DNA from: Escherichia coli
GTDB lineage: Bacteria > Pseudomonadota > Gammaproteobacteria > Enterobacterales > Enterobacteriaceae
Length of the DNA stretch: 64,000 nucleotides
Reading direction: 5' to 3' (one strand)
Assembly (NCBI RefSeq): GCF_044324875.1
Contig: NZ_CP172185.1
The position numbers and the translations under genes are program-made. The notes below the pieces were generated by a model. That model made no database searches, was not told the origin of the DNA, and saw only the letters and a list, made by a program, of their open reading frames with translations. This document shows, one piece after another, positions 43,224 to 53,549 of the stretch; the stretch's first letter is position 1, and every line of letters starts with the position of its first letter.

Positions 43224-43546
43224 TTTTTCCAGAGGCGGTCGAACTCCGCCTTCGCAAAATAAGCGGAAGCCTGGCGAAGGATATCGTTACTGCGGCGCAG
43301 TTCACGATTTTCACGTTCCAGCTCTTTCAGACGCTGACGTTCAGCGGTGGTGAGCCCGCCATCACCGCCTCCGGTATCCCGCTCATGCTGGCGTACCCAG
43401 ACACGCAGAGTCTCCGGTGTACAGCCAATCTTTGGGGCAATGGAACAAATTGCCGCCCACTGTGAGTCATATTCGCCCTGACTTTCCAGAACCATACGAA
43501 TCGCCCTCTGACGGACTTCGGGGGAAAAACGAGTATTTTTAGTCAT
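43220..43546 (-). CDS. IS629 OrfA
   Basis: 108-aa ORF. Confidence 0.9.
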   Translation of the reverse strand: MTKNTRFSPEVRQRAIRMVLESQGEYDSQWAAICSIAPKIGCTPETLRVWVRQHERDTGGGDGGLTTAERQRLKELERENRELRRSNDILRQASAYFAKAEFDRLWKK

Positions 43547-43600
43547 TCTGTTTACCTCTTTCTCAGGGAGTTTAGTCTCCAGGATTCCCGGGGCGGTTCA

Positions 43601-44608
43601 GTACTGCCGAATTAGCCCATTTGTGTTCTCATTTGTTCCCCGCTGCCAAGGACTCTGAGGATCGCAGAAGTAAACTTTAACGCCGGTGCTGACAGTAAAT
43701 TCTAGATGTCTGGCCAGTTCCATTCCTCTGTCCCATGTCAGTGATTTTCTGAGTTCTGACGGTAAACTCAGGAATTTGTCGGTAAGAGCCTGATTTACTG
43801 AGACAGAATCTTTGCCCCTGAGTCTAAGGATGATCGTATAACGTGATTTTCGGTCTACAAGTGTGGCTATATGAGAGTTTTTTGTACCTGAGACTAAATC
43901 GCCCTCCCAATGCCCCAGAGAGCGTCTGTTATCGATATTTCGGGAACGTTCGTGAATTGGTGTTCCGTTCACTATGTTAATCGTACCTCTTTCGCCTTTG
44001 CGGGTATGACGCCTGCCATGGCGAAGGCTATGCGACCGTCGCAGATGCTGTATATTCAGGTGGTGTAGCGCTTCACGGCTACGAAAGTACAGCGTTTTAT
44101 AAATTGTCTCAGGTGATATTCGCAGCGTTTTTTGACGTGGTTTTGTTCGCCTTAACCATCCTGATATTTGCTCTGGAGACCATTTCATCTCCAGCTTTTC
44201 CAGAACAAGCTTTCGCAATGGTAAATTTTGATCCAGTAAGCACGGTTTTGGCCTTTTCGCCATTCTGTTGGCTCGGTTATTAGCATCAACAGCTTTGTAA
44301 TAGCGTCTGCCCCGATTACGCTGAACTTCACGTGAGATCGTCGAAGGACTGCGATTCAGCGCAGTAGCTATCGCACGAATGCTCATTTTGGCTGACAAAC
44401 CAGCTCGTATCTCCTCGCGCTCAGACAGTGTCAGGTGAGCTACAGCCCGCTTACGCTCATGGGGTTTTATGCCGCCAGTATCCCTTAACATAGTGAAGAT
44501 CGTTCCGGGTTTTGAACCCAGGATATTCGCTATTTCACTGAAGCCTGTTCCGTTCTTCCATAGTTCAAAAACAGAGGCTTTTTCCTCTGCTGTAAATGTT
44601 CGTCTCAT
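43601..44608 (-). pseudogene. IS30 transposase, C-terminally truncated
   Basis: [38 protein letters not shown]…; last residues replaced by read-through into IS629. Confidence 0.85.
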
Positions 44609-44670
44609 TCAAAAAACCTCCGCAACCCCATGTTTTCACATAACTGTTGCGTTGACCAATTGAATCTACA
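43601..44670 (-). mobile_element. IS30, 3'-truncated
   Basis: Left IR TGTAGATTCAATTGGTCAACGCAACAG (reverse complement ends at 44670); transposase ORF from ATG 44608 runs straight into the IS629 end at 43600. Confidence 0.85.
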
Positions 44671-45005
44671 GTAGCCTTTTTTAATATTTCATTTTCCATT
44701 TCAATACGTTGTAGCTTTTTCCTGAGCTCACGGATTTCAATTTGTTCCGGGGTAATGGGGGAGGCTTTTGGTGTTTTTCCCTGCCGCTCATCACGTAATT
44801 GTTTCACCCATCGCGTCATTGTGGAAAGGCCGACATCCATAGCGCTGGCTGCATCTGCCACGGTGTAATTCTGGTCAACGACCAGTTGAGCGGATTCGCG
44901 TTTAAACTCTGCGCTGAAATTTCTTTTTTTCATTATGGCACCTGTGTTGTTCTGAGGTGAGCATATCACCTCTGTTCAGGTGGCCAAATTCAGTAAACCA
45001 CTTCA
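44671..45005 (-). mobile_element. IS911 5' fragment (left IR plus start of orfA), cut by IS30
   Basis: IR TGAAGTGGTTTACTGAATTTGGCCACC (reverse complement ends at 45005); orf[47 protein letters not shown]… from ATG 44933. Confidence 0.8.
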
Positions 45006-45164
45006 ATCACCCTGCGGGCATGCCGCAGGTCACTGCCGCTCAGGTTCTCCACCGTCACACCCGGTGGGATTGTTGGGTTTCTCATCGTGAGTTACCGGTT
45101 CAATATTCCAGACAGACTCGCGGTTCATTTAAGCATCCATGCCCGCCCTGAACTCCGGGCACAC
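45006..45164 (-). mobile_element. group II intron 5' fragment (first 159 nt), duplicate of 58800-58958
   Basis: Identical to the 5' end of the full intron (GTGTGCCCGGAGTTCAGGGCGGGCATGGATGC…); cut by the IS911 end at 45005. Confidence 0.75.
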
Positions 45165-45372
45165 TATAGGTCACATCACCGCACCACACCTGATTTGGCT
45201 CGGTCACGGCGAACTGCCGTTCAAGGTAGTTAGGGATAGCAACATGTTCATGACCACCACGTTTATACCGGTGAGTCGGCTGCTGACAGCTGACCAGCCC
45301 CAGCTCCTTGGCAATTTGACGTCCTTTCAGGCCTGGTGACCCACCTAATAACTCTGAGACTGCCTTCAGCAA
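45165..45372 (-). pseudogene. IS911 OrfB N-terminal fragment (5' exon of the intron insertion)
   Basis: …[36 protein letters not shown] ends one base before the intron 5' GTGTG; upstream IS body is missing and the fragment abuts the hsdR stop. Confidence 0.7.
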
Positions 45373-45386
45373 ACCATCACTCCTTT

Positions 45387-48300
45387 CTACCTACCCACCA
45401 TTCGTTGCATACTTTGCGTCCACGAGGCTTTAAATGCTGAATCTCCTGCGAACAACTTGTAGAGCTCAAGTTCATCTTTACGGCGTTGCAGCATGATTTC
45501 CTTGAGCATTTTTTCGAAGGCCAAATCTCGATTATGGGGATCTGGGTTGTTTTTGTATTTCGATTCGAAGTCAGGGTGATTGCGGATACTTTCAGCGATG
45601 TTCACGAACTTAACCTTTTGCTCTTCAGGTGTGGCACTCCAGCCCTGGAACCATCGCTCATTAAATGTGCGAATGATTTCATCCAGCGGGTCAGTTTCTT
45701 TTTCACCGCCATGCACCCCACGTGGGTTCGGATTTTGAGGATCAAGCTCCGCTTCTTGGTCACTAAGTTTAATGCTGTGGTTAAGCTTCACACGTTGCAA
45801 ACCGTATGAACTCAGATCGACAGAATCGAGAAGCTCATCAATAGCATCAGCATCGGGATCTTCCACTTTCAATTTCGGTATTAAAAACTTCAGGAACCAA
45901 AACAGTTTTTCCCAGCTGACCATTTCATAAGGCATGATAGAAGCCATCTGCCCATAGATTTTAACGAACTGTTTGGCTTTAATCTTAAAGTCCACTTTAG
46001 CTTCAGCTTCAAGATCTAGTTCATGGTCAAACCGCGCTGCGGCAATATCAATGATTGGACTGAGTGTTTGGGCGTCTTCATTCTTGAAATAACGCGTCAC
46101 AAAGTCTTCAACTTCATACCACTCGTACACACCGACATCGTCCATTTCATCTTTCAACTCGTGCAGTACGTTTATATCTGTAGCTTGGGACAATGACGTT
46201 GCTGTATAGAAAGGATCGAATGCTGATTGAATATCTTCAACCGAGTTGAAAAAATCCAGGATAAACAAGTCTTCTGTTTTCTTCCCTAGCTTAGGTGCAC
46301 TGCGATTGAGCCTAGATAGCGCCTGAACACACAAGACACTGGCGAGCTTCTTATCTACATACATGGCGCAAAGCTTAGGCTGGTCAAACCCAGTCAGATA
46401 CTTGTTAGCAACCACTAAAAGTCGATACTCATCGGTATCAAACATATCTTTGGTATCTGACTCGGCAAAACCATTAATATCTGCTTCGGTATATTCAATA
46501 CCATCAACTTCTTTGGTTCCTGAGAAAGCAATGGCAACTTTAAACGGGTTTCCTTGCTCCTCAAGTATTCGCCTTATCGCTTTGTAGTATCGAATGGCCG
46601 CCTCAATATTTTGAGTGACCACCATTCCTTTACCTTTACCTTTGAGCTTTTTCGTATTCACGACATGCGGAACAAAATGCTCCAGCATAATCTCTGCCTT
46701 GATATCAATTGTTTGCTGGCTTCGTTCTACATAAGCTCTGAGTTTTTTCTGCGCCTTTTTGGTATCAAACTCAGGGTTATCAGCAATTGATTTCTCAATC
46801 TCATAATAACTTTTGTACGTCGTATAATTTGCCAGCACATCCAAGATGAAGCCTTCTTCAATGGCTTGTTTCATCGAATACAAGTGAAACGGCTTGTAAG
46901 AGCCATCTTCTTGGCGTTGACCAAATTTCTCCAAAGTGCTGTTTTTTGGTGTCGCTGTAAATGCCAGGTACGACGCATTCCCGCGCATCTTACGCGATCT
47001 CATCGCCTGAAGGATTTTATCCTGAGCATCTTCTGCCTCTTCGACTTCAGACTTGCCCATCGCTCGGTTCATATTGTCATGCGCCGAACCAGACTGTGAG
47101 CTGTGTGCTTCATCGATGATCACTGCAAAGCGCTTGTCACTAAGATCGGCGATACCATCAATAATGAACGGGAATTTCTGAATCGTCGTTATAATAATCT
47201 TTTTGCCATTCTCCAGCGCCTGCTTAAGCTCAGAAGACTTATTCGCTGGGGCAATAATGTTCTTTACTTCAGAAAACTCTTTAATGTTATCCCGCAGCTG
47301 CTTGTCCAATAGGCGTCTATCGGTGACCACAATCACAGAGTCAAACAACGGCTGCTCCAAGCTTTTTCCGCCTGCCACATCAGACGAAGCAGGATAGGTT
47401 TCAATTAGCTGATAAGCTGCCCAGGTAATCGAGTTAGACTTACCTGAACCGGCTGAGTGTTGAATTAAGTAAGTCTGACCGACACCGTGCTGGGCGGCAT
47501 GGTCTACTAATTTTCTCACCACATCCAATTGATGGTATCGAGGAAAGAACAGGGTTCGCTTTGGTAATGGATCTTTGCTTGACCCATCCAGACGCACAAA
47601 ATGCTGAATAATATTCGCCAAGCTGTCTTTAGTGAATACTTCTTGCCATAGGTATGCCGTTTTATGGCCAGATGGATTCGGCGGGTTGCCTTGTCCAAGA
47701 TTGTGACCTTTATTGAACGGCAAGAAGAATGTACTGCTACCTGATAACTTGGTGGTCATATACACTTCGTCGGTATCGACCGCCATATGCACTAGGCAGC
47801 GGCCAAAGGTCAGCAATGGCTGAGTTGCATCCCGATCATCTCGATACTGCTTTTGGCCGTGATAACGTGCTGTTTGCCCGGTCCATGCGTTCTTCAACTC
47901 CAGCGTTATCAAGGGTATTCCGTTGATAAACAATACCATGTCGATTTCTTGTAGGGGATTTACCATGGAATAGCGCACTTGGCGAGTACAACTAAACACG
48001 TTATCTGCAAAGTTTTGCTTTACCTTCTCACTACTACTTGCCAAAGGGGCTGGATAGAGCAAATTGAAATGAGCATCGTCTACGCTTAGCCCTTTCTTAA
48101 GTAAATGAAGAATGCCATGCTTCTTAATCAGTCGGTCAAATCGTTCGAGTAACTTACGTTGCCAATCTGAGGGGTTGTTCTTTTGCAGTTTGGCCAACTC
48201 TACTTCTTGTGTCTTTTGCAGAAATTGCCAGAAAAAACGTTCATCAATGGCATATTGCATATTAAAGTCACTAGCAGCACCAATGAAGTATCCAGCACCC

Positions 48301-48404
48301 AGTGACTGCTGACTCAGTCCCTCTTTAAGCTCTTCAGCACTGATCCCAGCCAGACATTTCTCAATGGCCGACTCTAATGCTTGTTCATTGGTTTGACTGA
48401 CCAT
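45387..48404 (-). CDS. hsdR: Type I restriction enzyme R subunit (HsdR)
   Basis: 1005-aa ORF with N-terminal PD-(D/E)xK nuclease motif (DMVLF…ITLELK), SF2 helicase motifs ([12 protein letters not shown]-type IIDEAHSSQ); 14 bp after the upstream gene with AAGGGA RBS. Confidence 0.9.
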   Translation of the reverse strand: MVSQTNEQALESAIEKCLAGISAEELKEGLSQQSLGAGYFIGAASDFNMQYAIDERFFWQFLQKTQEVELAKLQKNNPSDWQRKLLERFDRLIKKHGILHLLKKGLSVDDAHFNLLYPAPLASSSEKVKQNFADNVFSCTRQVRYSMVNPLQEIDMVLFINGIPLITLELKNAWTGQTARYHGQKQYRDDRDATQPLLTFGRCLVHMAVDTDEVYMTTKLSGSSTFFLPFNKGHNLGQGNPPNPSGHKTAYLWQEVFTKDSLANIIQHFVRLDGSSKDPLPKRTLFFPRYHQLDVVRKLVDHAAQHGVGQTYLIQHSAGSGKSNSITWAAYQLIETYPASSDVAGGKSLEQPLFDSVIVVTDRRLLDKQLRDNIKEFSEVKNIIAPANKSSELKQALENGKKIIITTIQKFPFIIDGIADLSDKRFAVIIDEAHSSQSGSAHDNMNRAMGKSEVEEAEDAQDKILQAMRSRKMRGNASYLAFTATPKNSTLEKFGQRQEDGSYKPFHLYSMKQAIEEGFILDVLANYTTYKSYYEIEKSIADNPEFDTKKAQKKLRAYVERSQQTIDIKAEIMLEHFVPHVVNTKKLKGKGKGMVVTQNIEAAIRYYKAIRRILEEQGNPFKVAIAFSGTKEVDGIEYTEADINGFAESDTKDMFDTDEYRLLVVANKYLTGFDQPKLCAMYVDKKLASVLCVQALSRLNRSAPKLGKKTEDLFILDFFNSVEDIQSAFDPFYTATSLSQATDINVLHELKDEMDDVGVYEWYEVEDFVTRYFKNEDAQTLSPIIDIAAARFDHELDLEAEAKVDFKIKAKQFVKIYGQMASIMPYEMVSWEKLFWFLKFLIPKLKVEDPDADAIDELLDSVDLSSYGLQRVKLNHSIKLSDQEAELDPQNPNPRGVHGGEKETDPLDEIIRTFNERWFQGWSATPEEQKVKFVNIAESIRNHPDFESKYKNNPDPHNRDLAFEKMLKEIMLQRRKDELELYKLFAGDSAFKASWTQSMQRMVGR

Positions 48405-48418
48405 AATTGTAAATTCCC

Positions 48419-49582
48419 TTAATCAAAATTCTTCTGTTTCATTGCCTCAGCCGCTTTTTGCAGCGGTCCTTTTAAGGCTTTTTCTAACTTTGTCATCTGC
48501 TCTAAGTGCCACGCAACCGCTTGGGGCCAAGTCTCTTTGTTAAACCCGTCAGCTTTGGTCGAAAACTGGATACGGCAAGATTTCTTCTCATCCAGCCTCA
48601 TCCACTCAAGTTCTGCACCAAAAGTATGCTCAATGTCTTGTTTGGACTGACTCAACAAATCAAAAAGGTATTTATTCTCTTCGGTAACCCCACGGCTGAT
48701 CCAAAGCTCTACTCGAAGCTCTTTTTGCAGAAATATCAGGTTATACGGACATCCACTTAGCCCTGAGCCTGCTGATAACCAATGATCTTTGCTTGGGCTA
48801 ATGTTGTTATAGAGTTGGCAAGAGCTTTTCTGAAACGCCTCTAAGGCACGCTCCCAGTACTCGCGACGCACGGTATGGCGGTTTTTTAGTACCACTTCGG
48901 TGGTTTTTTCTTCCGCTTCCTTGGCATTAATGCCGATCATCAACTCTTTCGCTTCTGGCGTTGGAATGATCTGGTCAATATTAATCAGTAGCTGTTCACC
49001 CAGTGAATAAGGCGTGATTTTGAAGCAGGCAATGCTAATGCCTTGACCCAATAACCACAGCGCGGTGCTGGTCACTTCTTTGCGAAAGTTTGCCGCAACT
49101 AACATAATGCGCTGGCTGTTACCCAGGTTGAGCTTTAACTCATCGAGATCGGGCGCATCCAAAAACTCACATATTCTAGCAGAGGCACTTGCAGGGGTAT
49201 TAAACAAGTCAACCTCTCCTGTTACAGGCTCATAGCGGTCTAAGTACTGCTGGTAAATTTCAACGATTTGCGCTTTGGTTAAACTTGCGCAGTAGGAGGC
49301 ATATTTAAGCGCCTGCCACACCACATCGCGGCCACTATCGTCCAGCTTGTTTTCAATAATGACCAAGTTGCCATCTTTATCCAGTGCCAGTAAATCTAAG
49401 CGTTCACGGGTGTCATCAAAGCCATCGAACTCTTTTTGAATAATCAGCAGCTCTTCACCCAGTGCGGAAGGCTCGTGTGCCAACCATTCCTGAAGATTTT
49501 TGCGCTCAGTAAAGCCCAACTCACTGAATCTCTTCGTCTTAACCGGACTAATCCTGTTGGTCTGATAATTTACCGTGAACAT
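48419..49582 (-). CDS. hypothetical protein embedded between hsdS and hsdR; N-terminal PD-(D/E)xK-like nuclease motif, family not assigned
   Basis: 387-aa ORF; motif LDLLALDKDGNLVIIENK (D…E-x-K); no Walker A; ancestral hsdS stop is 9 nt before its ATG; same position that PrrC occupies in the EcoprrI locus but not PrrC-like in sequence. Confidence 0.7.
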   Translation of the reverse strand: MFTVNYQTNRISPVKTKRFSELGFTERKNLQEWLAHEPSALGEELLIIQKEFDGFDDTRERLDLLALDKDGNLVIIENKLDDSGRDVVWQALKYASYCASLTKAQIVEIYQQYLDRYEPVTGEVDLFNTPASASARICEFLDAPDLDELKLNLGNSQRIMLVAANFRKEVTSTALWLLGQGISIACFKITPYSLGEQLLINIDQIIPTPEAKELMIGINAKEAEEKTTEVVLKNRHTVRREYWERALEAFQKSSCQLYNNISPSKDHWLSAGSGLSGCPYNLIFLQKELRVELWISRGVTEENKYLFDLLSQSKQDIEHTFGAELEWMRLDEKKSCRIQFSTKADGFNKETWPQAVAWHLEQMTKLEKALKGPLQKAAEAMKQKNFD

Positions 49583-49646
49583 ATTCGCTTCCTATTGCTC
49601 AACCTGAACCGCCCCGGGTTTCCTGGAGAGTGTTTTATCTGTGAAC

Positions 49647-50537
49647 TCAGGCTGCCAGATCATCGTTTCCGATGGAAGCATAATAAGCTTTTTCTGCTTC
49701 TGCCGGTGGGATATGGCCCAGCCTTTCCAGCAATCGTCGATTGTTATACCAGTCCACCCACGTGAGTGTGGCCAGCTCCACTTCTGTCCGGTTTTTCCAG
49801 CTCTTACGGTGTATTACCTCCGCTTTGTAAAGGCCATTGATGCTCTCCGCCATCGCGTTGTCATACGAGTCACCAGTACTTCCTGTTGATGCCAGTAATC
49901 CGGCTTCCTTAAGCCGCTGTGTGTAGGCCAGCGATACATACTGAGAACCTTTATCACTGTGATGGACTGTGCCGGACGGTCGACGGGCCCATAACGCCTG
50001 CTCCAGAGCATCCAGCACGAATGTCGTTTCCATAGACGATGAGACCCGCCACCCCACGATGTATCCGGCAAACACATCAATGATGAACGCCACATAGACG
50101 ACCCCCTGCCATGTGCTGACGTAAGTAAAATCAGCCACCCACAACTGGTCAGGACGTTCTGCCACAAACTGACGGTTTACGCGGTCGCCTGCGGCAACGG
50201 CTTTCCGGCTGACGGTAGTGCGGACCTTTTTACCCCGGAGAACACCGGCAAGTCCCATAACCGCCATGAGGCGCGCCACTGTACATCTGGCTACCCTGAT
50301 TCCTTCCCGTAACAACTGACGCCAGACTTTACGCACACCGTATACCTGATGATTCCCATCGTATACGCGCAGTATCTCTTTCTTCAGCCAGTCATCGCGC
50401 TGCGCACGGGCACTGCGTTTATCCGGATGATGTCGCTGTTGCTGACAGTGGTAATACGTTGACGGGGCAATATGTAGTTCACTGCATACCGGTCCGACCC
50501 CGTACAGCTTACGCAGCTTATCCAGCAGTGGCATCAC
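49647..50537 (-). CDS. IS629 OrfB transposase
   Basis: 296-aa DDE ORF. Confidence 0.9.
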   Translation of the reverse strand: MMPLLDKLRKLYGVGPVCSELHIAPSTYYHCQQQRHHPDKRSARAQRDDWLKKEILRVYDGNHQVYGVRKVWRQLLREGIRVARCTVARLMAVMGLAGVLRGKKVRTTVSRKAVAAGDRVNRQFVAERPDQLWVADFTYVSTWQGVVYVAFIIDVFAGYIVGWRVSSSMETTFVLDALEQALWARRPSGTVHHSDKGSQYVSLAYTQRLKEAGLLASTGSTGDSYDNAMAESINGLYKAEVIHRKSWKNRTEVELATLTWVDWYNNRRLLERLGHIPPAEAEKAYYASIGNDDLAA

Positions 50538-50860
50538 TTTTTCCAGAGGCGGTCGAACTCCGCCTTCGCAAAATAAGCGGAAGCCTGGCGAAGGATATCG
50601 TTACTGCGGCGCAGTTCACGATTTTCACGTTCCAGCTCTTTCAGACGCTGACGTTCAGCGGTGGTGAGCCCGCCATCACCGCCTCCGGTATCCCGCTCAT
50701 GCTGGCGTACCCAGACACGCAGAGTCTCCGGTGTACAGCCAATCTTTGGGGCAATGGAACAAATTGCCGCCCACTGTGAGTCATATTCGCCCTGACTTTC
50801 CAGAACCATACGAATCGCCCTCTGACGGACTTCGGGGGAAAAACGAGTATTTTTAGTCAT
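50534..50860 (-). CDS. IS629 OrfA
   Basis: 108-aa ORF. Confidence 0.9.
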   Translation of the reverse strand: MTKNTRFSPEVRQRAIRMVLESQGEYDSQWAAICSIAPKIGCTPETLRVWVRQHERDTGGGDGGLTTAERQRLKELERENRELRRSNDILRQASAYFAKAEFDRLWKK

Positions 50861-50914
50861 TCTGTTTACCTCTTTCTCAGGGAGTTTAGTCTCCAGGATT
50901 CCCGGGGCGGTTCA

Positions 50915-51526
50915 TTGGGAAGTTGTGCCTCTAAAAAGGTTGGCGGTCTTGAGCCCTTCTGTGAAAGTTTCAAATAGAAAGTCCAAAGAATTAGTTACTT
51001 TCTTAGCGATAGAAAAGGTTTCAACAGATGGATTTATTGATCAAGATACATTAATGCCTATATGTGATGTGAGCCAAGGTTTTACGGTTTTTAACCGGGG
51101 GGATGTGATTGTTGCAAAAATTACACCTTGCTTTGAAAATGGGAAATCTGCTTGGCTTAACAATCTTCAAACTGAGTTTGGTTACGGCTCAACCGAGTTT
51201 CACGTTTTAAGATGTGGTCAGAGAATTATAGGAAGTTTTCTCTACTTAATCGTTAGTTCGCCCCTTTTTCTTAATGCCGGTGAGGCTATGATGACTGGTT
51301 CAGCTGGTCAGAAGCGCGTGCCTAGTTCATTTATCCAAAACTTTCCTACCGCAATTCCCGGAGTTGCAGAGCAAGAAAAAATAGTATCAAAGGTAAAAGA
51401 GCTGTTTTCACAGATTGATGTTGTTGTGGCTTCTACGGTAAATCAAATCGAAAAGCTCAAAGAATACAAAACCACCCTGATCAACAGCGCCGTGACAGGA
51501 AAAATAAAAATCACCCCAGAAATGGT
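50915..51526 (+). pseudogene. hsdS: hsdS 3' segment (second target-recognition domain and C-terminal conserved region), inverted relative to the rest of hsdS
   Basis: Plus-strand ORF …VPLKRLAVLSPSVKVSNRK… continues the minus-strand hsdS 5' part when reverse-complemented (…DWIGDIPEH + WEVVPLKRL…); bounded by inverted IS629 copies. Confidence 0.8.
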
Positions 51527-51580
51527 TGAACCGCCCCGGGAATCCTGGAGACTAAACTCCCTGAGAAAGAGGTAAACAGA

Positions 51581-51907
51581 ATGACTAAAAATACTCGTTT
51601 TTCCCCCGAAGTCCGTCAGAGGGCGATTCGTATGGTTCTGGAAAGTCAGGGCGAATATGACTCACAGTGGGCGGCAATTTGTTCCATTGCCCCAAAGATT
51701 GGCTGTACACCGGAGACTCTGCGTGTCTGGGTACGCCAGCATGAGCGGGATACCGGAGGCGGTGATGGCGGGCTCACCACCGCTGAACGTCAGCGTCTGA
51801 AAGAGCTGGAACGTGAAAATCGTGAACTGCGCCGCAGTAACGATATCCTTCGCCAGGCTTCCGCTTATTTTGCGAAGGCGGAGTTCGACCGCCTCTGGAA
51901 AAAGTGA
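51581..51907 (+). CDS. IS629 OrfA
   Basis: 108-aa ORF. Confidence 0.9.
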   Translation: MTKNTRFSPEVRQRAIRMVLESQGEYDSQWAAICSIAPKIGCTPETLRVWVRQHERDTGGGDGGLTTAERQRLKELERENRELRRSNDILRQASAYFAKAEFDRLWKK

Positions 51908-52794
51908 TGCCACTGCTGGATAAGCTGCGTAAGCTGTACGGGGTCGGACCGGTATGCAGTGAACTACATATTGCCCCGTCAACGTATTACCACTGTCAGC
52001 AACAGCGACATCATCCGGATAAACGCAGTGCCCGTGCGCAGCGCGATGACTGGCTGAAGAAAGAGATACTGCGCGTATACGATGGGAATCATCAGGTATA
52101 CGGTGTGCGTAAAGTCTGGCGTCAGTTGTTACGGGAAGGAATCAGGGTAGCCAGATGTACAGTGGCGCGCCTCATGGCGGTTATGGGACTTGCCGGTGTT
52201 CTCCGGGGTAAAAAGGTCCGCACTACCGTCAGCCGGAAAGCCGTTGCCGCAGGCGACCGCGTAAACCGTCAGTTTGTGGCAGAACGTCCTGACCAGTTGT
52301 GGGTGGCTGATTTTACTTACGTCAGCACATGGCAGGGGGTCGTCTATGTGGCGTTCATCATTGATGTGTTTGCCGGATACATCGTGGGGTGGCGGGTCTC
52401 ATCGTCTATGGAAACGACATTCGTGCTGGATGCTCTGGAGCAGGCGTTATGGGCCCGTCGACCGTCCGGCACAGTCCATCACAGTGATAAAGGTTCTCAG
52501 TATGTATCGCTGGCCTACACACAGCGGCTTAAGGAAGCCGGATTACTGGCATCAACAGGAAGTACTGGTGACTCGTATGACAACGCGATGGCGGAGAGCA
52601 TCAATGGCCTTTACAAAGCGGAGGTAATACACCGTAAGAGCTGGAAAAACCGGACAGAAGTGGAGCTGGCCACACTCACGTGGGTGGACTGGTATAACAA
52701 TCGACGATTGCTGGAAAGGCTGGGCCATATCCCACCGGCAGAAGCAGAAAAAGCTTATTATGCTTCCATCGGAAACGATGATCTGGCAGCCTGA
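51904..52794 (+). CDS. IS629 OrfB transposase
   Basis: 296-aa DDE ORF. Confidence 0.9.
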   Translation: MMPLLDKLRKLYGVGPVCSELHIAPSTYYHCQQQRHHPDKRSARAQRDDWLKKEILRVYDGNHQVYGVRKVWRQLLREGIRVARCTVARLMAVMGLAGVLRGKKVRTTVSRKAVAAGDRVNRQFVAERPDQLWVADFTYVSTWQGVVYVAFIIDVFAGYIVGWRVSSSMETTFVLDALEQALWARRPSGTVHHSDKGSQYVSLAYTQRLKEAGLLASTGSTGDSYDNAMAESINGLYKAEVIHRKSWKNRTEVELATLTWVDWYNNRRLLERLGHIPPAEAEKAYYASIGNDDLAA

Positions 52795-52836
52795 GTTCAC
52801 AGATAAAACACTCTCCAGGAAACCCGGGGCGGTTCA

Positions 52837-53543
52837 CAATGCTCTGGAATATCTCCAATCCAATCCACACCGGAGTCTTTCATTGGCACATTGGGATCAA
52901 GCCCTTGGGTCACCGCCTGTTGGATGATGATCTGCTTATGTTCTTTTAACAGATTAATTTGCTTTTCTTTGATCGAAATCGCTTCGTCGATTAGAGCGAT
53001 TTTCTTGTCTAGGAAGTTGGCGATACGGGTTTGTTGCTCATGGGGAGGAACAAACGTCTTAAAACTCAGAAATGAATCTTTAGGAATTGTATTTCTCAGG
53101 CCACGATAAAGCGGTTTAAGCATCTTTTTTGCATCAAGGTTCATATAAAAATAGTATAAAAACCTATTATCAAAATTGTCATTTAGTTCAAAAACGGTAT
53201 ATGCACCAGTAATCATCCCATTAAATGGCGACAACCCAACAGTTCTGGGTGTTTCTTCCACGTCGAACAAGCAGAAAATGAAATCTCCACACTGCACTTC
53301 TTGATAAGTATCGAACTCTGCTGGGAACTTACCCTCTGGGTTTTCCATATCACGCTTAATCACACCTCTGAGAGTAAGCGATAGCAAATCATATTCGCTT
53401 GAGCGTTTTCCAACCTGTTTTTTCTTCAAGCGAAAGATGTGCTTATTAGCTAATAAGCTCCAAGACGCAGGAATATCCCCTAGCCATTCAACACCTGAAT
53501 CCTTATAAACCTCATATTTCGGCATTTCAGAAATCTTCATCAT
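52837..53543 (-). pseudogene. hsdS: hsdS 5' part (first target-recognition domain and central conserved region)
   Basis: MMKISEMPKYEVYKDSGVEWLGDIPASW… with repeated KDSGV(E/D)W(L/I)GDIP motif at the start of each TRD; interrupted after …DIPEH by IS629. Confidence 0.85.
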
Positions 53544-53549
53544 AACGAC

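Larger units (their letters stand above)
42291..43600 (-). mobile_element. IS629, copy 2
   Basis: Full 1310 bp; flanks differ (GAG versus GTA), so no target-site duplication. Confidence 0.95.
49605..50914 (-). mobile_element. IS629, copy 3
   Basis: Full 1310 bp; outer flank ACC, inner flank TTG. Confidence 0.95.
51527..52836 (+). mobile_element. IS629, copy 4 (opposite orientation to copies 1-3)
   Basis: Full 1310 bp; inner flank GGT (reverse complement ACC), outer flank CAA (reverse complement TTG). Confidence 0.95.

Noticed and set aside
44565-44969. 134-aa track ORF presented as a single protein
   Set aside because: It is a chimera: IS911 OrfA reading through the IS30 terminus; annotated instead as a truncated IS911 fragment.
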